A stretch of 64,000 bases of DNA from Lepidodermella squamata (Eukaryota; Animalia; Gastrotricha), in NCBI GenBank assembly GCA_047495785.1, contig JBLDXI010000015.1, positions 1,922,001 to 1,986,000 on the forward strand. Direction: 5' to 3'. The translations under genes and the position numbers were made by a program. The notes under the pieces were generated by a model. That model saw only the letters and a list, made by a program, of their open reading frames with translations, made no database searches and was not told the origin of the DNA. Of the stretch, positions 14,099 to 23,485 are shown one piece after another. The first letter of the stretch is position 1, and each line of letters begins with the position of its first letter.

Positions 14099-15082
14099 TT
14101 ACGGCTCAGTATTAGCCGAATTTTTAATGGCCGAAAGCAGGCTGACCATTGTAGAAGGCGCATTAAGTCGGCTTTCCAAGGCAGGAGTATTTTGAGTAAT
14201 AATGCTCGTTATCGGCAGCCAACATCTATGGAAGCTACTAATAAATACATGATAATGAAATCCCTGGATATCAAAAAATAACTACCTTGTCTTCGAAGGC
14301 GATATCTGTACTTCACGACCTGACTTTGTTAATCGCGTGGCTAATACCGGTGCTTGAGGTACCTAACGAAAACGAATTGAACATTCTTTGAAGCTGAATT
14401 TTCAGTTATTTACCAATGATTTAGATTTTTTCTGACGTTTTGAATAAGACTTTCCAATACTAGAACGACAGCGTCCTTCGCTAATCCATTTTGTTATAGC
14501 TAATAGCGTCGGAGCATCCACAGGGTCCATTTGCTTCACAGCTGGGGTAGCAACTCGATGATAATGGACTAATCGATGCCTTGGAGGTAATTCGAATAGT
14601 TTTGGTGATGGTTTGACTGTTACAGGCGATGAGACGCGACTGTGAGAAGCAGCATGTAGAGCTAGAGCTGACTCAGTTCCATATGCTTTGTCACAACCAG
14701 CTTGAGCACATCTAGATAGGATCATAAAATTATTTCCTTATTTTTAGTGATCAAAATTCAATACTCACATGTATGGCTTCCGAGGTCCGTGGTACTGTAA
14801 AACATGGCGAAATAACGGATCAGCTTTGCTAAAAGTCTTCCCATTAATGCGACATCCTTCCCAGCGGCATGCCAAGTTACGAGCCCCGTTGATCGGGGAA
14901 CGAGCAAAATGACGAGATTCCAAATGCTTGACCAGGTCTGCGTCAGTATCAAACATTTCTTTGCAGCGATGCCATTTACATTGGCGTTTTATCGACGAGG
15001 AGAGATCCTGACTCATTTTATCGCACGCATTCAGACTGGCTGACGACTTGATCGGACGGAAGTTAATAATCTCTTGCTTCAT
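14099..15082 (-). CDS. AEBP2: AEBP2/Jing C2H2 zinc-finger PRC2 accessory protein
   Basis: Three GLI-like C2H2 fingers (CKWHRC...HLESRH, CRWEGC...RHVLQYH, KPYICAQAGC...HAASH). They are followed by DPVDAPTLLAI (cf. DFFDAQTLDAI) and PVLATRLTKSGR (cf. TVIAKRKEDSGK). Exons 15082-14769, 14711-14414, 14362-14286 and about 14234-14099; the last exon is less certain. Confidence 0.75.
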
Positions 15083-16564
15083 GATCAGCCGCCCTTCGTC
15101 CTTTACTCTCACTCGCCCCAAGTAAAGACGCCTAGTAAAGAGTAAATAATTATGAAAAAAAGAATTGACTAAATGAAGATGGGTAGATTTCGCAAAAACT
15201 CAAATGACGACCGGCTCGACGAGCACTAAGAGCGAAGCGCGTACACTTTCATATTCCAACACGCTATTTCCCACTTCCCATATCCTAAATTCATTCTACC
15301 ATAAGCGGCAAGCGGTAATCCAAGCAAGATTGCAGTTAATTATCATGGTCGGTAGCAGAAAGAAGAAACAAAAACCATCAAAGCGGAAAAGGCAAGCATA
15401 AGCCGTAAGCCAAGTAAACGTTCAGCGATTGAGTATTCGATAATTAAGCATAGATCCCAGATCGAGTACAAACTTCGATGAAAGAGGAGGTTGGGGCCGG
15501 TAGCCGGTATACTCATTTAGCAGCAAACAAACGCGTTTGTATAGAGCATAGTTGCACCCCCAGCTCCTGAAAATGTAACATGAAGGCTGGCGACACCTGG
15601 AAACTTAATCGGTGACCACATAGGGAACCCTTACAGTGACTGATAATTTTTCACTACTGTTTTGTCCATTTCATCAGGGTTTTCCTGACTCAAAACCCAA
15701 AACGCTTCAAAGCGAGTGTCATTTCAATAACTGATAAAATTACACGCCAGTCATTCGAGTTTACGACGCTAAACAATACGAGGGTTGCAACACCTTGCAA
15801 CACCGACACTATTACCTATGCTATGATGCCAATGGCGGCAACGGGCTTGAGGACATGGAGGGATAGGCTGCAAAAAGTGGGTGGCTCCACCGCCAGGAAA
15901 AAGTGGCACAAACAATTCACTAAAAACCAGCTTTCACTAAAGATAATTTGTAACTATAAAATTACAATTTTGGTTCCAAACACAAATTTAAAATATAAAC
16001 TGACTACTTTTGAGAATTTAAAATAATGTATGTCGCCGCAGGTTTTGGTTCGGTGTTTCAAGTGTCAAGAGTCGTCGTTTAACCATGTTTAAGCACCTGC
16101 CAGTGCCACCTGCCGCCTGAATCCCAAGATCCCACGGAAATAACATTCCCACCCATGTACAGAGAGCGGCACACAATTTAGAATGACAAAATAACCCGGA
16201 CTGAGCCAAAATGACAGAGTAAAGACAATAGCCGGACGGCCTCTCGGCCAAAGCTAACCAGCGTCGTCAGGTGAAAAGATTATGAAATTATAAGACCCAG
16301 TATGTGGTGCGACTTAATCTCACTGCGACAGAGGGCGCAGATGCTTGAATATCGCTCTCATCGAAATTCGCGTTGAATGTTGACCCTGCAAGGTGTAGCT
16401 GCTGCCAACTCCAAGTCTCTTGAATTTTATCTCGGGCCAAAACATTGTATTTGTTGGCAGTTCCCCAGTTTGATAAATTGGATAATAGAGGGGAAATTGA
16501 GGCTAACAATCCCACAGATCATCGCGGCGTGTTATATTTGGATACCAGGTTTTCATTCTTTCGT

Positions 16565-16892
16565 CTAAATTTCAGACACTTGACGGACTGCCGAGTCTTT
16601 CCCACATATCCCAGCAAATTTATCAAAGATCTCAATATCTGCTCCGATGTGTTGTAGTAGCCATATTTCACTTTCAGGCAGAAATAGATCTAGTGGCGTA
16701 AATTGAAGTACTTCATATTTAGATACGTCGAACGTGTCGACCGGCCACAGATTCAAAGAGCAATAAAATACATCGAATGAGAATTTTGCGAAGGAAGTGT
16801 CGTATATTGATGTTATGCTACCAAATGCTTCCAAGTTTCCATAGAATTTTCGTTCAGCCGTCAAGCCAGCTTCCGCATTCCCTATGTCATTC
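16565..16892 (-). pseudogene. Truncated paralog fragment of the Cys-loop ion channel (ectodomain exon)
   Basis: Similar to 19616-19300 (RKFYGNLEAFGSITSIYDTSFAKFSFDVFYCSLNLWPVDT). The first Cys-loop Cys is changed to Tyr, the loop Pro to Ser, and a stop occurs before TM1. Confidence 0.85.
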
Positions 16893-17964
16893 TAGAGAGT
16901 AAATTGACCACTTGAAATATCAAGAAAAGATTATTCTGCTGCCAACTACGGTTTTGATGTTTGCATTTGCTTATGCGACTGAGAACCTAGCGCAATATTT
17001 ATCTGATGGCCGTTTGATTGCAGACGTGGATACTGCGTTGCCTTATCCGGAGAGAAACAATTTTACATATTGCTGCTGATTTCTCCCGCTAAGCTTAGTA
17101 ATTAATAAGTTAAAACTTGAAATAGAGTATTTCTTTTCGTCAAAAGCTGCCAAGTTAAGTCAACCGCGGAGTTAGAAGCAACGCTCTCTTGGAGCTTGGA
17201 GTTGAAAATAAACCAAATTATCACTTCCTTGGGAGCAGAAATTCGATATTTCGAAAGAAACTCCTTTCAAACCAACAGCGAAGAAATATTTGCCTTGAAC
17301 GGTGGTGCAGGTAGGCCAGTTACGAAACCACAGGTCGCTTCCTCAACTAATAAGGGCTCATCTACTTTTCTAAGACCTCCGCAGATTGTCTCGAGAACAG
17401 CACTGTCATTTTGCGCTGATTTCCCAGTCACTATAGGACAAACGGATTTGGCGCGACTTTGCTTTGTTTGGTAGTGTGAGGGCTAAGGATTTCTGGGGCA
17501 GTTTGAAATGTTCCATTTAGGAGCCATCGCGTGGAACAAAGGCGTCTGAGGAGCTTATAATGGAATAATTCTTTTCGAAGTCGACTTTGACAATCCGCAA
17601 TACGTCGAGAGTGCCTCAATTCATGCGGTTTGGGCTCTCGTCGCAGCGATTTGTTCCGTCTAATAAAGACGTGCGACCGCGCTTCTTGTGTGATGAGGCC
17701 TGATGCCTGCCCCTATCTTCGCTTGCAACGAGGGTGCTACCGACGTTAAGGTGGATCATAAATTTCATTATCGAAAGTTATCAAAGTTTACAGAACGAAA
17801 CCAATATCCTCTCGAAAAATGTTGTTCGATTTGCGTTGCTTTGTAGCCGGAAGTCGGAGTAATTTCAATAGAAAGCAGCCGAAAACATGAATCGTGGTAC
17901 ATGAATAAATACATTATTTATTACAAATTATAGCGTACATGGAGAATTTTCCAGAGATTTTGGC

Positions 17965-18118
17965 GCCTCACTCAAAATTAAGTTGACATTAATATGTAGA
18001 AGACAATGTCAGCGAGAGACGTCGAAATATAACAACAAGAACGCCCAAGATAAGATCAAGCAATCTAATTGCCGTAATTTTCATCGAACAGCACTTCAGA
18101 CCCTGTTGACCCCTCACT
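17965..18118 (-). pseudogene. Duplicated M4/stop/3'-flank fragment of the Cys-loop channel
   Basis: Copy of about 18859-18990 with substitutions and a 1-nt insertion (gaaatataacaac vs gaaatgacaac). A second partial copy lies at about 18806-18868. Confidence 0.85.
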
Positions 18119-18375
18119 CGAAATGAAAAATATAGAATTGTCGTCAAAAATATAGGTCGAGTCGCTATAACAATTCGATATTTTACGGTATAACATTCGT
18201 AAATCGTTCATATCTGAACTCGCCGCACTCGATTTACTCATCGCAACTCGCCTCCGGCTCGTTCCGACTCGTAAATCTCGGGCGGCTCCGTACAGATATA
18301 AACGTTTTACTCATGTCATACCATACAAATATACAACAGAACAAAAATATATATACGACGCAATAAAAAATATAT

Positions 18376-18641
18376 ACGCTCTCATATCTCTACACTTTCA
18401 AGCCTAATCATGCCGAGATGCGATTCCAGATACGTAGAATCCTAATCGGGACTGAGTAGTGAATGCTATAAAATGTAGGAAAATACGAAAAAATTATGAA
18501 TGCTACATGAAGACACTCCTACAACATCTCGTGTAACTACACAGCGTAGCATTCAAATCAGGCGCCGCTTGAGATTTTGCGTATCTGGAATCGCTTATCG
18601 GCCTTATTAGGCTTGATCAAAGTGTAGGTGTATGAGAGCGT
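18376..18641. mobile_element. Foldback/MITE-like element with ~70-bp imperfect terminal inverted repeats
   Basis: acgctctcatatctctacactttcaagcctaat...gcgattccagatacg is the near reverse complement of cgtatctggaatcgc...attaggcttgatcaaagtgtaggtgtatgagagcgt. Confidence 0.75.
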
Positions 18642-18871
18642 TTACTAACTTCGCGCCTTTTGAGATGGTGCAATGATTTTGGCAATTATCGCTGTCATCG
18701 ATCCAATAATTCGAAAAATTTTCAAATTCAAAAAACTTGCAAGTCAAATTTTGGTGAATAACCATAATTTTCAAAATTAGTATTTCGGTGAATAAGGGGT
18801 ACCTATAGCAATCGAATTGCTGTGATTTTCATCGAACAGCACTTCAGACCCTGTTGACGCCTCACTTAAAA

Positions 18872-20169
18872 TTAAGTTGACATTAATATGTAGAGGACAA
18901 TATCGGCGAGACACGTCGAAATGACAACAACGACGCCCAACATAAGATCAAGCAATCGAATTGCTGTAATTTTCATCGAACAAAACTTCAGAACTTTTTG
19001 ATTCGTGCCCTGCGCATAGTTTGAAATCACCAGCATGTAGCAGGTTAGAGCCATGCCAAGAATATACTTCATAGCTATTCCAACGACGAGGTAAATAACT
19101 TCCGAGGTCGATGGAACCTGGCTGGCCAATAAGCCAAGGGTAACAGAGTTAGCCAAGACCACAGTCATGCTGAAAGCTGGCCTATCAGGCATATCTGGCG
19201 GCATGATAAGGCAGAACACTTGGGTGACGAAAAAGCCATAAGTCGGCACGAAAATTGTGGAAACGTAATACTCCGCTAGGCGCTTAAACTGCAATCTCAG
19301 GCTGATTTCATTCTGTTTGAAGTTATCGCTTTCCATCCCATCAACTTGCATGAAGGTTGTTATTGCAAAATCATGTTGTTCAAGAAACCATATTTCATTG
19401 GCAGGTATGAAGTTTGCCAATGGTTCGAATACCAGCACTACAAATTCAGTCACATCTAACGTGTCGACCGGCCACAGATTCAAAGAACAATTGAATACAT
19501 CGAATGGGAACTTTGCGAAGGCAGTATCGCAGATCGATGTTATGCTACCGATTGCTTCCAAGTATCCATAGAACTTTCGATCCTCTGTCAAGCCAGCTTT
19601 CGCGTTCTTTGCCATTCTACAGACGATATAATAAGATGTATAATTCATTAGGAAGAATTGATGTTAGATTACGAATCGAATGGATAATTGGTTGTGAATC
19701 CGTTATCGTGGGCAACCACCGGGTACCATATCGGTTGTTCATCCGGTGTCCCGAGTGGCATAGGGAAGGAAACTACGGTCGGATTATTCTGGCAGGCATT
19801 GCGTGCAATTTCAGTATTTAGACTCGAGCAATTGATTGGCTGGCCGCAGTTGTAGAGCCATTCGAAGCGGAAAACTCCACTCATGGACAGCCTTGGAAAA
19901 TAATTCAAGTTTTTTTGAAACAATCAAATGACGTCTTCTCACGTTTTGTCCTTATCAATGACATTGATGAAACGGGTTGGTACGATTCTAAGCGATACTT
20001 TGAGCTTCTCACCACACATCAACTTGCTTTCAGCAGGCAGATTAGTTGAGGTTGAATCAGGGCTGGCTTCCATAAGATCAGCTCGAATTTTTTCGATCTC
20101 AGATTTTGAGCAGTCTGAAGGCCTTATTGAGATGGTTGAAACCATAATCAGAACGTGCGTTACCTTCAT
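18872..20169 (-). CDS. Divergent Cys-loop (pentameric) ligand-gated ion channel subunit, nAChR/5-HT3-like
   Basis: Exons 20169-19943, 19891-19673 and 19616-18872. Features: signal peptide, IWYP (loop A), exact C-x13-C loop CDTAFAKFPFDVFNC, pre-M1 FKR, four TM segments and PPDMPDR before M2. Confidence 0.9.
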
Positions 20170-20250
20170 GCTTATATGTCAATGTAAGCTGAAATTCTAT
20201 ATTTTAGGTAAAATGTGGTTTACAGTAAAACTGTCGTGAAATTGCATGGT

Positions 20251-20708
20251 CAGTGTTAGGGATTTTATTTGAAATAAAAATCGAAATCAAATCTCGCTCT
20301 CTCTAAAATCATTTCCTGATCCCAAAATCAAATCTCAAAATCGTCGAAATCTTTGGAAATCATGTATCTGCAGGATTCAACTGGTTTGTTACTTGGATCA
20401 TAGATAATTCCTCAAATTAAATCACTTCTCACCAGAGCATGAGCAAAGTTTGAAGAAATTAGGTCCCATTTTATGTCAAAGTTCTTTTTGACCTGGATGG
20501 GTTTAAACCTAAAAAAATTGAAGTTCCTTATGATTATCTCGACAATTTGGGCATACGAGTCACTATTGTCCCCCGATGTTTATTGCCGCATTTGATTTTG
20601 AAATCCCTTAAATCAAGCTTTTTTGCGCCAATCTAATCTTTGTTTTTTTTAAATCAATCCCTGAAATCCGTGAAAATCAAAATCTGAAAAATCAAATCCC
20701 CGACACTG
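20251..20708. mobile_element. hAT-type MITE (458 bp)
   Basis: TIRs CAGTGTTAGGGATTTTATTT and CAGTGTCGGGGATTTGATTT (17/20 match). 8-bp TSD tgcatggt/cgcatggt (7/8 match). Many subterminal aaatc repeats. An 8-bp TSD with CAGTG ends is typical of hAT elements. Confidence 0.85.
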
Positions 20709-22180
20709 CGCATGGTTCATGTTTTTCTGCTGGTCCCTCTTGAAATTACTCCGGCTTCCGGCTACCAATTAACTCAGATCGAGAGGATATTGAGTTCTAT
20801 CTGCAAACATGAACCCCTAGTGCGAATATTCGAATCAGCTCGAATCAGCTCTTCTCATCTTCTGTGCTTGCAATATCCATGAAACTCCAGAAATTTCTGT
20901 AGCTGAAACTATAGGAAGAGACGAAGAGTAACGCGATATCGACCCTGCAACGGCCTACAACACGACTCTTATCTGTGAGTTCAGCAGCTCAAACATACGT
21001 GCATTACCTTCATGCTTATATGTCACTGTAAGATGGAAATCCTATTGGTATCATGATGATATGCTACAGACAGATCGAAAACTACCCTTCTTTGTTTGCA
21101 TTTGATTATTTGATTAAAAAGCTTGCGCAATATCTCGTGGAGATTATTGAAACCGTTGAGCAAAAGGGTACCGTCGTTTGGGGTGAAATGGGCACTTTTG
21201 AAAAATAAAGCTGTTTTGAAAAATAATGAAATCATTCGAATTCAAGAAATCGATAATTTGATCGATCGATAATCGATAATCAATAGCCGATTATCGATTT
21301 TCTATGCAATGCTAAATACACTCAAGAAACCTCAAATAATCTTAAAACCCTTGAAAGGCTTCAAAATGTTCTCAACCGAGAAAAAAACTCGGTTATGCCG
21401 GGTTTTCTTCATTTGTCGAGTTTAAAACCGACTTATAGCGATTATAGCGGAATTTGACAAAAAGTCGGTTGCGAACTCAGTTTTGCCGGGATTTAACGCC
21501 GATAGATAGTAATCACCGCGATTTATGTAATTGGTGATGACTGAGTTATTTTTTACAGTGTGGGGCGATATGGCCGAAAATTGATGCCATCACATTACTT
21601 TTAATAGCTCATAGACTGTATAAGTCAGGTCTCTGAAAAAATTTGTGCAGATGATCTTCAACATCTGTAAAAATGTATAGCCAGTTATGTCCCAGAATGA
21701 GGTCACGGCAAGCCAGTATTTACAGGTAAGTTTAGGTGGGTAAAAACGACCCATTCAATGAATTGAATTATCTGTAACCAATCGAAAGGCTTTGAGTTCG
21801 GATGACATTTTTTCCTTCGACCACTTCCTTTGGTGATAACAAGGAAAAAAAACCGTGACTCGAGGCGATGCACAGGTATGGCCAGGTAATTGCGCCCAAA
21901 TTGCATATTGATAAGACCCGAACTTTTCCGAAATTTTTAAAAAAACTTTGAGTCATTGAAATCATTGCGAAAAGTGTCAATTAATAATTTTATTTCGATA
22001 CGTTAAAACAGACAACATAATATGTAGCTTCAATTTATCAAGACGGATGCGTCAATTTAAACGACTAGCATCCGCCGAATAGCACACTAGTAGACATGCC
22101 GCGTTTCAATAAATTTACTTTTCTCATAAGAAAAATCGCAATGAATTGCTTTTATTTTGAGCAACAAGAAACACTCAATT

Positions 22181-23252
22181 CTATTGAGCTTTGGTACGCT
22201 GTGGGCTGGTTTTCACGGGCGAGCCACTCGACGAGCCAAACAGATGCCGGTTCAGCCAATCAGAGCTTGGAACGTCAAGGTAGTTGTCAAAATCGACCAG
22301 TTTCGCCTCCAAGTTGTCACCCAGAGCTTGGTGATATTTTTCGATTGCGCCCTCCTCAACGCTCAATTTGTGGGAGCCAACCTCTTTCCAACCCCTAGTT
22401 TCGCTTGGCAAGAACAGCTTGAATGGACTTGTCGCAATGTCAGCCGAAAATGGAGCAATATTATCATTAGAAACCTGTAAAAAAGGCAATAAATTATATC
22501 GAAAAACGACTACAAAAAATATATAATTTCAATTTTTCCACAATGTCGCATTCAGATTACCAAAGAATCAATCACATTTTGGGTTAACTTTTGCTGAAAA
22601 CTGTAGCTGCCCATTCAAACCAATCGAACGTCACTGAAAACGATCGGTAGCTTGAGTTAATAGCAGCATTTATTGATTTATACTTGATTTTACGACGATC
22701 TACCTGGGTGGTCGGTAGCCGCCAAGATTTCAAGTAATACTACTGATTAGGAATGATAGTCTGGCTTCCTATAGCACAAAATATCAGTTGAATGTGTTTC
22801 ATCAAGCGACCTCCTTAAATTTAGTTACGAAAAAAACAGACACTTACAATAATTACACAGGCATCGGAGCAATTTTCCAGAATCTTCTGACCAACTCCAG
22901 CGCTGAATAAGGTCAATCTAAAATATTAGGATGGATTAATTGAATATTGAATAGTTTGTAAATGATATGAAATTTACCCGTTATTTGTGAATAGCTCATT
23001 GGCTTGATAATATCCAATAATTGCTTTACTCTTCACCTTGCAATAGGCTTCAATCTGGGCGAAGGCGACCTCCAACATGGGCGTGACTCCGATCAAATTG
23101 TGGAAAAGCGGAATTACATCCGATACAGTGTAACGGCCATTAGATTCCTGTTCGCCCAACAGAATTCCATTCACTGTCCGGTGGGGATATTTCACGACGT
23201 GAAGCAGTAATTTGCAATAAGCATCAGATGTAAAATGATAAGATCCAGCCAT
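22181..23252 (-). CDS. EMC8: ER membrane protein complex subunit 8/9 (MPN-like, UPF0172)
   Basis: Exons 23252-22978, 22917-22848 and 22474-22181. Motifs AYCKLLLHVVKYPHRTVNGILL, DVIPLFH, PMLEVAFAQI, IGYYQANE, LVDFDNYLD..DWLN. Confidence 0.93.
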
Positions 23253-23485
23253 TTTTCTAGAAAAATTAATAGTTTCACAATTATGCAAAGAAAATTTATT
23301 GTATGAGCTCAAAGTTGCTAAAAAGACGACGAAGAAAATCACGATTTTTCACGTAGCACTGGTGTCATATGTCATCAGATGACAGCTATTTCACGGCTGG
23401 AATTCACAGAAAGAAGAGAAAAACTTGTCACTATAAATCTGAAATTGATAGTCACTGGTTGTAAAATGCGAAATTTAGCAGTTGT

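Noticed and set aside
16900-17760. Possible retroelement or gene relic between the channel fragments
   Set aside because: Multiple stops and no motif I can assign with confidence.
21240-21315. atcgat/atcgataatcg repeat cluster resembling a transposon subterminal region
   Set aside because: No partner end or TSD was found.
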